Below, one piece after another: positions 10,101 through 18,942 of a DNA stretch of 64,000 bases; position 1 is the first letter of the stretch; the number at the start of each line of letters is the position of its first letter. The stretch comes from Dehalococcoidia bacterium (GTDB lineage Bacteria > Chloroflexota > Dehalococcoidia > UBA2979). The translations under genes and the position numbers were made by a program. The notes under the pieces were generated by a model, which ran no database searches, was not told where the DNA came from, and saw only the letters and a program-made list of their open reading frames with translations. The DNA is taken from NCBI GenBank assembly GCA_963667465.2, contig CAXXDN010000002.1, positions 1,408,001 through 1,472,000 on the forward strand, read 5' to 3'.

Positions 10101-12011
10101 CTCCGACCCATCCACCTCGACCGTCGCCACCGCTTCATCCGAGGACACAGCACCGTAGGTGACCCCCTCGCCCTCGAAGTAGCTCGCTACGTCCTCGGCG
10201 TGCGTTGCGTCCTCGATGATCGTGACTGCCTCGATGCTGCCGACAGTCCCGGGCGCGGGCGGGACCACGGTGACGGCGAACCCTTGCTCTGCGCGCCCTC
10301 CGGGGCTCGTCGCCGTCACCGTCACCGTCGCGCTGCCCGCCGCGACGGCCGTGAGCGTGAGCTGCGATCCCGATCGCGAGGCGTGGACGATGCCGCTCGG
10401 GGAGACCGCCACCTCGTAGCCGGTGACATCGGCGCCGAAGTAGTCGGCGAGCTCGATCGTCCGCGTTCCGTCCTCCGCCAGGATGATCGAGGGGAGCTGG
10501 ACGGTGACGGAGAAGGACTGCCCGACGCTCCCGCCTGCGTTTGTCGCGGTCAGCGTCACCGTCGCGTCGCCCGCGCCGACCGCCGTGACCGTGACCGTCG
10601 TGCCCTCCACAGCCACGGTGGCGACCGCCGCTTTCGAGGACTCCGCCGTGTAGGTGATCCCCTCGCCGTTGAAGTGGGCCGCGGCGTCCTCCATGTGCGT
10701 CTCGCGCTCGGCGAGGATCACGGCCTCGATGCTGCCGACGGCCGCCGGCGCGGGCGGCAGCACCGTGACGGCCAAGCTATGCTCCGCAGTACCGTCCGCG
10801 CTCGTCACCTCGAGGGTGACCGTCGCGTTGCCAGAGGCGAGGGCGGTGAGCGTCAGCTGCGAGCCGGTCAGCGCGAGCCCGACGATGCCTGCCGGAGCGA
10901 CCGCTGCGCCGTAGCCCGTCGCCTCCTCTCCAAAATGGTCCGCGAGCTCGAGTGTCCGCGCGTCCCCTCGAGTGAGCGTCACGGCTGGGAGCTGGACAGT
11001 GACGGCGAATGACTGCCCGGCGCTGCCGCCGGCATTGGTGGCCGTCACCGTCACCGTCGCGTCGCCCGGCGCAACCGCCTTGACCGTGACCGCAGCGGCC
11101 TCCGTCGCCACGGTGGCGACCGCCACGTTCGAGGACTCTGCCGTGTAGGTGATCCCCTCGCCGCTGAAGTGGGCCGAAACATCCTCCACGTGCGTCTCGC
11201 CCTCGGCGAGGGTCACGGCCCCGATGCTGCCGACGGTCGCCGGAGCGGGCGGCAGCACTGTGACGGCGAAGCGCTGCTCCGCGCTTCCGCCCGAGTTGGT
11301 CGCAGTCACGGTGACCGTCGCGCTCCCGGCGGCGACCGCCTTCACTGTTACGTCCGCGCCCGCGACCTCGACCGTCGCGGCCGCCGTGTCCGAGGACGCT
11401 GCCGTGTAGGTGATCCCCGCGCCCTCGAAGTAGTCGGAGGCCGTCACGGCGTGGGTAACGCCCTCGGTGAGGGTGAGGGCGGCGATGCTGCCGGTTGCGG
11501 TGGGGGCAGCGACCATGGCCACCACAGTGACGGCGAAGCGCTTGCGCTCGCTGCCACGCAGCTTCCGGCCCCTGACTGTGACGGTCGCCGAGCCCACCGC
11601 AACCGGCTCGAGGGTGACCTCGGTCCCCGACCGCGAGATGCGGACGATGCCGTTGGGAGCTGCCGTTACCTCGTAGCCATGCACGGCATCGCTGAAGTAG
11701 CCCGCCACGTCGACCGTGTGAGAGGCGCCACCGAGCGTCAGCGAGACGTCCGGGAGGTCGTCTTCGGGCGTCGGCGTCTGCTGCGCCCGAACGCCATCGA
11801 GGGCGCCGAGCGGGTCACCGGCCAGGAGGCTCCGTGGGTGCAAGCGACTGTCTCGCGGCGCACTTGCCGCCTCGTCGGCAGCCTGGACTGTGGGAGCGGT
11901 GGATAGCAGGACGCACAAGCCGACGATCACGACAGCCGTGCACGCGCCACGCCAGCCCACAGCCAGCGGGACACCGAAGAGAGCGTGCGCGAGCCAGGCG
12001 CCCCTGGGCAC
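7110..12011 (-). CDS. Large secreted Ig-like (cadherin/Big-type) repeat protein, about 18 domains
   Basis: N-terminal hydrophobic segment ending VQA; about 87-aa repeats YF.G..ITY.A.SS...VATV...GSATVTVTATN.GGSA.Q.F.VTV; start uncertain (12011 GTG, or ATG at 12038/12068). Confidence 0.85.
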   Translation of the reverse strand: MPRGAWLAHALFGVPLAVGWRGACTAVVIVGLCVLLSTAPTVQAADEAASAPRDSRLHPRSLLAGDPLGALDGVRAQQTPTPEDDLPDVSLTLGGASHTVDVAGYFSDAVHGYEVTAAPNGIVRISRSGTEVTLEPVAVGSATVTVRGRKLRGSERKRFAVTVVAMVAAPTATGSIAALTLTEGVTHAVTASDYFEGAGITYTAASSDTAAATVEVAGADVTVKAVAAGSATVTVTATNSGGSAEQRFAVTVLPPAPATVGSIGAVTLAEGETHVEDVSAHFSGEGITYTAESSNVAVATVATEAAAVTVKAVAPGDATVTVTATNAGGSAGQSFAVTVQLPAVTLTRGDARTLELADHFGEEATGYGAAVAPAGIVGLALTGSQLTLTALASGNATVTLEVTSADGTAEHSLAVTVLPPAPAAVGSIEAVILAERETHMEDAAAHFNGEGITYTAESSKAAVATVAVEGTTVTVTAVGAGDATVTLTATNAGGSVGQSFSVTVQLPSIILAEDGTRTIELADYFGADVTGYEVAVSPSGIVHASRSGSQLTLTAVAAGSATVTVTATSPGGRAEQGFAVTVVPPAPGTVGSIEAVTIIEDATHAEDVASYFEGEGVTYGAVSSDEAVATVEVDGSEVTVTAVAAGSATVTVTATSPGGRAEQGFAVTVVPPAPGTVGSIEAVTIIEDATHAEDASSYFEGEGVTYGAMSSDTEVATVEVEGSEVTVTAVAAGSATVTVTATNGGGSAEQGFLVTVVSPAPVAVGSIEAVTIIEDATHAEDAASYFEGEGVTYGAMSSDTEVATVEVEGSEVTVTAVAAGSATVTVTATNGGGSAEQGFLVTVVSPAPVAVGSIEAVTIIEDATHTEDVASYFEGEGVTYGAVSSDTEVATVAVEGSEVTVTAVAAGSATVTVTATNGGGSAEQGFLVTVVSPAPVAVGSIEAVTIIEDATHAEDVASYFEGEGVTYGAMSSDTEVATVEVDGSEVTVTAVAAGSATVTVTATNMSGSEQQEFVVEVRLAAPLAIGAIADIALREDGVAREIELADQFGGVVEGYDASATPAGVVHVWESGGRLTLTPLASGVAVVTVAATNAGGVAQQAFLSTVRDGAPRALGTTPLVEIVEGDHSIIGVSSYFEGEGVTFAAESSRPGVVAVEAHGETTVVSGLAVGIALVTVTATNEAGSAAQELVVVVSRRAPKVRDGIEALTLTSGGAARTIDLSIHFSGSLTRFGAIAERTGIVHLWESAGRLTFTPLAAGSSTVTVWSANTGGTASQTFDVSVRPRAPRALASSTLLTLSMDGRPLSVELANYFGGNVERYALAATPGGVVHRWESGGLLTLTPLAAGLATLEVTALNAGGSAEQQFTVVVQPAPPTALGRIVAAPLAAGGAGQEIALADYFDGEVAHYEVVSRPDGILHLWESGGRLRLTPLSAGVATVTVTVSNGSGSASQIFAVAVAPAAPQTPGRAERIALAEGGAVREIDLGDYFGGEAARYHLTADRGGVVHGWESAGRLTLTPLAAGVATVVVTATNSAGSAEQPFIVTVGAAAPEALGRLEGSTLNEAGESHEIELADYFSGAIARYRVSADPAGVVHAWVSEGRLRLTPLAAGVAMVAVTASNEGGSARQEFAVVVE
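9003..10345. repeat. Intragenic near-identical 261-bp tandem repeats, about 5 copies
   Basis: The same blocks recur with a 261-bp period (shadow-ORF stops at 9114, 9375, 9636, 9897, 10158). Confidence 0.92.
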
Positions 12012-12149
12012 TGCTGAATCCCCCTGCGTCAGCAACATTTTCTTGCTAACACTAGTTGGTCTCAACATGAATGTGTGATACCGATTAGCTGCGCGGGACC
12101 ATTGGCGGGGGCCTCGTTCTCTCGCCAGCGCACAGGCAGGGGAATCGGA

Positions 12150-15100
12150 TTGCGGCGTTCCGCAACGCTCGCGCTGCTCGTCGGCGCGCTCGCACTCGCG
12201 GCCCTCAGCACCACCGGCAGCCACGCGCAGTCCCCGGCGGATCCGCAGAACCTCCTGCCCAACGGCGGCTTCGAGGACGGGCTGGACGGCTGGGTGCAGC
12301 CAGCCGGAGCAGTCCTCGAGGCTGTCGGCGAGCCCGTTCAGTCAGGCGCCGCCGCAGCGAAGGTCACTACGAGCGGGCCGGGCCGCGTGACGGTGATGAC
12401 CCAATACTGGGACGTGCGAGTCGCGCCGGGGGCCGCGCATACGCTCCGCGTGTGGCTTCGCAGCGACGCCCCCGCTGATCCCGCGGGCCCAAACGTCCTC
12501 CGGATGGAGGTGAGCCTCGAGTTCGTCGGCGCGGACGGAACCCGTGTCGGCGTTCCGACTACGCAGCGGATCGAGACTCCGACGGCGGGCTGGCAGCGCG
12601 TTGAGATCGCTCCAGTCGCGGCGCCGACCGACGCCACGTACGCTCGTCTGCGGGTGACCGCTGAGGTCTCCGCGAGCGGGGCCGTGTTCTACCTGGACTC
12701 GGCGGAACTCACGGCCGCCCCGCCGCCGCCCACGCCGACCCCGACCGAAACGCCGACGCCGACCGCTACTCCGACCCCGACCGAAACGCCGACCGTTACC
12801 CCGACCGCGACTACCGCAGCTGAGCCCACCTTCTTCGCCTCACTCACCAACGGCGACTTCGAACTGCCAGGCGCGACACCATACGGCTGGGGCGCGCACG
12901 CCGCCGAGGCCATCGTCACGCCCGCGGGCGGCTCGCGAACCGTCACGCTCACCTCGCGCGGGAGCGCGACGGCCTGGCTGCACCAGTCCTTCGCCGTCGA
13001 GGGCGGACACTGGTACGAGGCGTCCGGCCTGCTTCGGCCCGTGTCCAACGCCGCGCTCGCGCGCATCCGCATCGCCTGGTACGCCTCGGAAGACGCGAGC
13101 GGCGCGCAGCTCTCCACGGCCGACGCCGACGAGGTCCTCGGCGTCGGCGACTCCTCCACGACCGTCTCCACAGGCCCGATCCGTGCGCCCGACAACGCGC
13201 GGAGCGCGCAACTGCGAGTCATGCTCCGGCCCGCAAGCGTGGCGCCCGCCGTGCTGCGCGCGGACGACGTGCGCTTCGAACGCACCGCGCCGCCGCCGAG
13301 CACAACCGTCGTGAGGACTCCCGTGCCCGTGCCCACACCCGAGGCGATGCCAACATTCTTCGTCGCGCTGACGAACGGCGACTTCGAGCTGCCGGGCGAC
13401 ACGCCCTACGGCTGGCGCGCCCACGCGGGCTCGGCCCTCGTCGCCTCCAACGGGGGCTCACGCAGCGTCACGCTTACCTCGCGAGGGAGTTCCACAGCCT
13501 GGCTGCACCAGTCCTTCGCCATCGAGGGCGGACGCTGGTACGAGGTCAGTGGGCGGCTGCGCGCGGTCTCCAACGCCTCCCTCACCCGCATCCGCGTCGC
13601 CTGGTACGCCTCGGACGACGCGAGCGGCGCGCAGCTCTCCACGGACGACTCCGCCGAGCTCAGCGGCGTCGGCGACTCGTTCACGCCCGTCTCCACCGGC
13701 GCGATCCGCGCGCCCGACGAGGCTCGCAGCGCGGAGCTGCGGGTGATGGTCCGGCCGGCGAGCGCGGCTCCGGCCGTCCTGCGCGCCGACGACGTGTCCT
13801 TTGCCCGCACCGCTCCGCCGCCGCCGGACGTGACCTCCGAGGCTCCGCCCACGCAACGGTTGCGGCCGCCCGAGGCGGCGCCCTCGTTCTTCGTCGCCCT
13901 CACCAACGGCGACTTCGAGCTGCCGGGCGATACACCCTACGGCTGGCGCGCCCACGCCGGGAACGCCCTCGTCACTTCCGAGGGCGGCTCGCGCGCCGCC
14001 CTGCTCACGTCGGAGGGCGCGGCGATTGCCTGGCTGCACCAGTCGTGCGCCGTCGAGGGCGGGCGCTGGTACGAGGTAGCCGGGAGGCTCCAGCCCGGCG
14101 CGGGCGCGGACCTCGCCCGCATTCGCGTCGCCTGGTACGCCTCGGAAGACGCGAGCGGGCCGCAGCTCTCCATCGCGGACTCCGGGGAACTCGAGGGCGC
14201 GGGCGACTCCCTCGCCACCGTCACCACCGGCGCAATCCGCGCACCCGACGAGGCGCGCAGCGCACAACTCCGCATCATGCTGCGCCCCGCCGCTGAAGCC
14301 CCGGCAACCCTCGTCACCGATGACGTGTCCTTCACCCGCACCGCGCCTCCTGCACCCGCGACGCCCGACACGCCGCCGGAAGCCGCCTCCCTCGCTCCCG
14401 AGGAGGCGCCAGCGTTCTTCGCCTCCCTCACCAACGGCGACTTCGAGCTGCCCGGCGAGACGCCCTACGGCTGGCGCGCCCACGCCGGAGATGCCCTCGT
14501 GGTCTCCGAGGGCGCCTCGCGGGCTGCCGCGCTCACCGCACGCAGCGACACGACGGCCTGGCTGCACCAGCCCTTCGCCGTCGAGGGCGGCCGCTGGTAC
14601 GAGGCCACGGGTTCGCTGCGGCTCGGCGACAATGCCGCGCTCGCCCGCCTCCGCGTGGCCTGGTACGCCTCTGAAGACGCGAGCGGGCCACAGCTCTCCG
14701 TCGCCGACTCGGATGCCCTCGAGGGCGTTGGCGACTCCTTTGCCGCGGTCTCGACCGGCGCGATCCGCGCGCCCGACGAGGCTCGCAGTGCGCAACTGCG
14801 CGTCATGCTGCGTCCTGCGGGCGAGACTCCCGCCGTCCTGCACGCCGACGATGTCGCCTTTACGCCCGCCGCCCCGCCAGCGCCCGCCCCGACACCGCCT
14901 GCCCCCGCTGAGAGCCCCGCGTCGCCGTCGCCGGAAGCGGCGGCTCGGACGTCCCCTCCCCCCGCGGCGACCTCGGGCGAGGGCGCGCTGCCGGCGCTGG
15001 AGCCGTACCACCTGCGCAGCGCCTCGGCGGTGCTGCTGCGCATCACGGAACTGCTGCCCGATCCGGTCCAGAGCGGCCCCGATGCGGAGTACGAATGGAT

Positions 15101-15848
15101 CGAGGTCGCCAACGTGGGCGCGGCCGCCGTCCCGCTCGCGGGTCTGCTCCTCGCCGACAACCACGGCTGGATCGCCCTGCCCACGCTGACGCTGCCACCC
15201 GGCGGCGCGATCGTCGTCGCGGGGCCGCAGGCGGAGATCGGGGACGCCATCGCGCTGCGGCAGGGCAGCGGGCTGTTCAACGGCCTCGGCAACTCCGGTG
15301 ACCGCCTCGCACTCGCCACGACGGACGGCGCGATCATCGATGCGCTGTCCTACGGCAGCGACGGCAGCGTGGACGAGCCGCCGCTCAAGGCGCCGCCGGC
15401 CGGGCGCTCGCTGCAGCGCCGCTTCGACCCGGCCGGCCGGCTGATCGAGGCGGCCGTCGCCGAGCAGCCCTCCCCCGGACACCTCGAGGGGCCCGCCCCG
15501 CCGGATGGGATTGCAGCGCCGGAGGCGGGCGCGACATCGGCGGCACCGGCCGACGCTGCGGACGCCGGCGCCTACACGTCGCCCTCGAGTGTCGAGGCGC
15601 TGCGCAGGCAGCTCGACGCTGCTGCGAGCGCGGACCGGACGGCCTGGATCGTGCTCGCCTCAGTCGCCGCGGTCGCCCTCGTGGCCGCGGGCGCTCACCG
15701 CGCCCGCGAGCTGCTGCGCGCTGCCCCTCCCGCAGCAAGCGTCGCGCCCCCACGCCGTGGGCGGCGCTGGCGACGCTATGCGAGCGGAGAGCAGGTGCGA
15801 GGGCGCGCGCTCAGTCCTCGTCGTCGTCGTAGAACTCCTCCGGCATGA
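12150..15848 (+). CDS. Secreted/membrane-anchored protein with five CBM4/9-like domains, Pro/Thr linkers, a lamin-tail domain and a C-terminal TM helix
   Basis: Signal peptide (L)RRSATLALLVG...SHA; NLLPNGGFE plus four LTNGDFELPG repeats; LTD-like LRITELLPDP...EWIEVAN; AWIVLASVAAVALVAAG helix; TTG start after a GGGGAA RBS. Confidence 0.8.
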   Translation: MRRSATLALLVGALALAALSTTGSHAQSPADPQNLLPNGGFEDGLDGWVQPAGAVLEAVGEPVQSGAAAAKVTTSGPGRVTVMTQYWDVRVAPGAAHTLRVWLRSDAPADPAGPNVLRMEVSLEFVGADGTRVGVPTTQRIETPTAGWQRVEIAPVAAPTDATYARLRVTAEVSASGAVFYLDSAELTAAPPPPTPTPTETPTPTATPTPTETPTVTPTATTAAEPTFFASLTNGDFELPGATPYGWGAHAAEAIVTPAGGSRTVTLTSRGSATAWLHQSFAVEGGHWYEASGLLRPVSNAALARIRIAWYASEDASGAQLSTADADEVLGVGDSSTTVSTGPIRAPDNARSAQLRVMLRPASVAPAVLRADDVRFERTAPPPSTTVVRTPVPVPTPEAMPTFFVALTNGDFELPGDTPYGWRAHAGSALVASNGGSRSVTLTSRGSSTAWLHQSFAIEGGRWYEVSGRLRAVSNASLTRIRVAWYASDDASGAQLSTDDSAELSGVGDSFTPVSTGAIRAPDEARSAELRVMVRPASAAPAVLRADDVSFARTAPPPPDVTSEAPPTQRLRPPEAAPSFFVALTNGDFELPGDTPYGWRAHAGNALVTSEGGSRAALLTSEGAAIAWLHQSCAVEGGRWYEVAGRLQPGAGADLARIRVAWYASEDASGPQLSIADSGELEGAGDSLATVTTGAIRAPDEARSAQLRIMLRPAAEAPATLVTDDVSFTRTAPPAPATPDTPPEAASLAPEEAPAFFASLTNGDFELPGETPYGWRAHAGDALVVSEGASRAAALTARSDTTAWLHQPFAVEGGRWYEATGSLRLGDNAALARLRVAWYASEDASGPQLSVADSDALEGVGDSFAAVSTGAIRAPDEARSAQLRVMLRPAGETPAVLHADDVAFTPAAPPAPAPTPPAPAESPASPSPEAAARTSPPPAATSGEGALPALEPYHLRSASAVLLRITELLPDPVQSGPDAEYEWIEVANVGAAAVPLAGLLLADNHGWIALPTLTLPPGGAIVVAGPQAEIGDAIALRQGSGLFNGLGNSGDRLALATTDGAIIDALSYGSDGSVDEPPLKAPPAGRSLQRRFDPAGRLIEAAVAEQPSPGHLEGPAPPDGIAAPEAGATSAAPADAADAGAYTSPSSVEALRRQLDAAASADRTAWIVLASVAAVALVAAGAHRARELLRAAPPAASVAPPRRGRRWRRYASGEQVRGRALSPRRRRRTPPA

Positions 15849-17211
15849 GCACGAACTCGGGGTAGGCCTCGAGACCCAGCTCGCCCGCGTCCTGGCCGAG
15901 GCGCTCGACCTCGGGCGCTACGCGGACGCTCAGCGTCCTCGCCAGCACCTGCCAGAGCACCCAGGAGACCGTGAACACGAAGGCGCCTACCGAGAGCACG
16001 CCGACGATCTGCACGCCGAGGTCCGCCCCCGCCACGATCGAGGCGGCCAGCGTGCCCCAGATGCCGGCGAAGAGGTGGGCGGGCACCGCGCCCACCACGT
16101 CGTCGAGCTGGAGCTTCTCCATCAACCTCAACCCGGCGGTACAGATGATCCCGCCGATCGCGCCGATGATCACCGCCCAGTAGTGCTCGGTGATGTCCGG
16201 CCCGGCGGTGATCGAGACGAGCCCCGCAATCGCGCCGTTCAGGCCCGCGAAGAGGTCCATCCGCCCGAGAATGTAGCGAGAGAGACCGAGGGCGGCCATC
16301 ACGCCGGCCGCCGCCGCGAGGTTCGTGTTGACGAGCACGTGGCTCATCGCCACCGCGTCGGAGGCGCTGCCCAGCGCGAGCTGCGAGCCGCCGTTGAACC
16401 CGAACCAGCCGAACCAGAGGATGAAGACGCCCAGCGTCACCACCAGGATGTTCGAGGGCGGCGTCGACCGCGGCGTGCCGTCGCGACGGAACTTACCGAG
16501 CCTCGGACCGACCACGAGGATCCCGGCGAGGGCAGCCCAGCCGCCGACGCCGTGCACGATGGTGGAGCCGGCGAAGTCCTGGAACCCCAGCTCGGCCAGC
16601 CAGCCGCCGCCCCACGTCCACGCGCCGACGATCGGGTAGATCAGCGCCGTCAGCGCCAGCGTGAAGAGGAAGAACGTCCACATCTTGACGCGCTCGGCCA
16701 GCGCACCCGAGACAATCGAGGCCGCGGTCGCGACGAAGACCATCTGGAAGAACCAGTCGGACATCGTCGAGTAGCTGTTGTTCGCCACGATCGCGGCCGC
16801 GTCACCCTCCCCCGCCACGAGGGCGATCTCCTCGGAGGTCGGGCCGTAGAGCAGGTTGAAGGAGCCGATTACGCCGCCGACGATGTCGACGTACATCAGG
16901 TTGTAGCCGATGAAGAAGTAGGCCAGCCCCGCGATCGAGTAGAGGCCGATGTTCTTGAGGCAGATCATCGACGCGTTCTTGGTGCGCACCGAGCCCGACT
17001 CGAGCATCGTGAAGCCGGCGCACATCCACATCACGAGCGCGCCCCAGACGAGGAACGAGAAGGTGTTGAGGATGAACGCGGCCTCGGCCCCGATCTCGGC
17101 CTGCTGGGCCTGGGCCGTGCCGGAGAACAACAGGAAGAGCACGAGCGCGAGGACGCCCGAAGCCGCCAGGATGGCGGCGGGACGGCGCTTCGAGAGGATC
17201 GTGACGAGCAT
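15811..17211 (-). CDS. amtB: Ammonium transporter
   Basis: GFTMLESG, FFQMVF, DFAGSTIVH, LWFGWFGFNGGS, DDVVGAVPAH (both pore His present). Confidence 0.96.
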   Translation of the reverse strand: MLVTILSKRRPAAILAASGVLALVLFLLFSGTAQAQQAEIGAEAAFILNTFSFLVWGALVMWMCAGFTMLESGSVRTKNASMICLKNIGLYSIAGLAYFFIGYNLMYVDIVGGVIGSFNLLYGPTSEEIALVAGEGDAAAIVANNSYSTMSDWFFQMVFVATAASIVSGALAERVKMWTFFLFTLALTALIYPIVGAWTWGGGWLAELGFQDFAGSTIVHGVGGWAALAGILVVGPRLGKFRRDGTPRSTPPSNILVVTLGVFILWFGWFGFNGGSQLALGSASDAVAMSHVLVNTNLAAAAGVMAALGLSRYILGRMDLFAGLNGAIAGLVSITAGPDITEHYWAVIIGAIGGIICTAGLRLMEKLQLDDVVGAVPAHLFAGIWGTLAASIVAGADLGVQIVGVLSVGAFVFTVSWVLWQVLARTLSVRVAPEVERLGQDAGELGLEAYPEFVLMPEEFYDDDED

Positions 17212-17340
17212 GGCGGCCTCCTCAATTTGCTACGGCGCGCTGGGGAGGTGACAACGATCGGGGATCGGCTGCGGTCACGTCTCCGCGACGGCGGACATGA
17301 TAGCGGAATGGGATGAGGTACCAAGCGCCGCGCTGCGCCG

Positions 17341-18942
17341 CTACGCGGCGCCCGGCGTTCCCAGCCTCCGCAGCACCTCGTCGTGGAGCCGGCCGTTCGA
17401 GGCGATGCGCGGTCCCGCGCCCTCTGCTGCGGCGCCCGCGGCGTCCGTGATGCGGCCCCCGGCTTCCTCGACGATCGGGACCAGGGCGGCCACGTCCCAC
17501 GGGTGCAGATCGACGCCGTCCAGCATGACGTCGGCCGCGCCCTCGGCGACGAGGCAGAAGCCCCAGAAGTCGCCGAACCCGCGCACCCGCCAGGCCTCGC
17601 CGAGCAGCGCCCGCGCACCCGGCCAGCGCTCGAGGGTCGCGACCGTCTCGCCGTACACGACCTGCGCCGCTGACAGCGTCGCCGCGTCCGAGACGTGGAT
17701 GCGCTCGCCCGCGCCACGGGAGCCGGTCGCTCCCCGGTACGCCCCGAGGCCGTGGCCCGCCCACCAGCGCGTCCCGAGCGCCGGCGCGGAGACGACGCCG
17801 ACCTCGATGCTTCCGTCGCGCTCGCAGGCGATCAGCGTCCCCCACACGGGGATGCCGCGCATGTAGCTGTGAGTCCCGTCGATCGGGTCGAGGATCCAGC
17901 GCGCCTCGGCTTCCCCGGAGCCCTCGTCGTCGCCCTGCTCCTCGCCGAGGACGGCGTGCGCCGGGTAGCGCTCGGCGATGCGCTCGCGCAGCAACGCCTC
18001 GATCTCGCGGTCGGCAGGCGTCACGTACGTGCCGTCGGCCTTGCGCTCCACGGCGTGCTCGCCTCGATAGTCCCGCATCGCGATCGCGTCGGCGGCGTCC
18101 GCCAGCTCGAGGGCGAAGGCGAGGATGTCGGTGGTGGTGTCACTCGCCGCCTCGCGACCTGGCGCGGCCCGCCGAACGTCTTCCATCAATTCGAAGTGCG
18201 GAGTCTGGTAGCCCTGCTGCCGCTGTCCCCACGGGGAGTCGAGGAGAGTGCGCACCCGTGCAGCAAGCAGCTCGCCGTGGTCCTTCGACGGCAGGATCAC
18301 GAAGCACCGCGGGACTTTGCGACGCCAGCGCAGCACGATCGGATTGAGCGCTCGGCCGAAGCGGCCGCGGATGCCGTCGGTGAGCTCCGCGATCTGTTGA
18401 TCTATCGGCTGCCGCTTCGCGTGCTGGTAGATGACGATGCTCTGTCCTCGCTCCCAGCAGCGGGCGAGATCGTCGTGGTAGGCGTACTTCGGACCGTTTG
18501 ACGCTGTAGGGCTGGTACGGCGGGGTGCAAGACCATTGTCGGGATCGACGAAGACGACGTCCGCCTCTCGCACGGTGTCGAGCCCTCGCTGCAGCCAGCC
18601 GTCGCGCTTCAGCAAGCGATCGTTGGGCGACTCCCGGGCCTCAAAGCTCAGCGCTTCATCGAAGAATGCGGTCCCTTCCGGCAGGATTCGCCGTCTCTGC
18701 ACCGCGGCGACAGAGCGCTCGGCCGCGACAACATCTTGCAACTCGTCGAAGAGATCGGGGTCGCACCTGCGCAGGCCCGCTTCCGGCGAATCGAGGTAGT
18801 CCGTGATCCCACCGTCGCCGTCGCCCTCCTCGTCCGGCACGCGGTACCACAGCACGCCAAGGCGAAGATCGTCGCCGCAGAGGGCGCGCAGCAATCCGTA
18901 CTTGCCGAAGTCGCCGATGTCGCCCGCGTAGCGATCCTGCAT
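17341..18942 (-). CDS. hisN: Fusion: N-terminal uncharacterised Rossmann/RlmJ-like domain plus C-terminal inositol-monophosphatase-family histidinol-phosphatase
   Basis: C-terminal half: VTPADREIE, LGEE, WILDPIDGT, RGFGDFWG, HPWDVAA; N-terminal half: MQDRYAGDIGDFGKYGLLR...VFVDPDNG; single open frame. Confidence 0.8.
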   Translation of the reverse strand: MQDRYAGDIGDFGKYGLLRALCGDDLRLGVLWYRVPDEEGDGDGGITDYLDSPEAGLRRCDPDLFDELQDVVAAERSVAAVQRRRILPEGTAFFDEALSFEARESPNDRLLKRDGWLQRGLDTVREADVVFVDPDNGLAPRRTSPTASNGPKYAYHDDLARCWERGQSIVIYQHAKRQPIDQQIAELTDGIRGRFGRALNPIVLRWRRKVPRCFVILPSKDHGELLAARVRTLLDSPWGQRQQGYQTPHFELMEDVRRAAPGREAASDTTTDILAFALELADAADAIAMRDYRGEHAVERKADGTYVTPADREIEALLRERIAERYPAHAVLGEEQGDDEGSGEAEARWILDPIDGTHSYMRGIPVWGTLIACERDGSIEVGVVSAPALGTRWWAGHGLGAYRGATGSRGAGERIHVSDAATLSAAQVVYGETVATLERWPGARALLGEAWRVRGFGDFWGFCLVAEGAADVMLDGVDLHPWDVAALVPIVEEAGGRITDAAGAAAEGAGPRIASNGRLHDEVLRRLGTPGAA

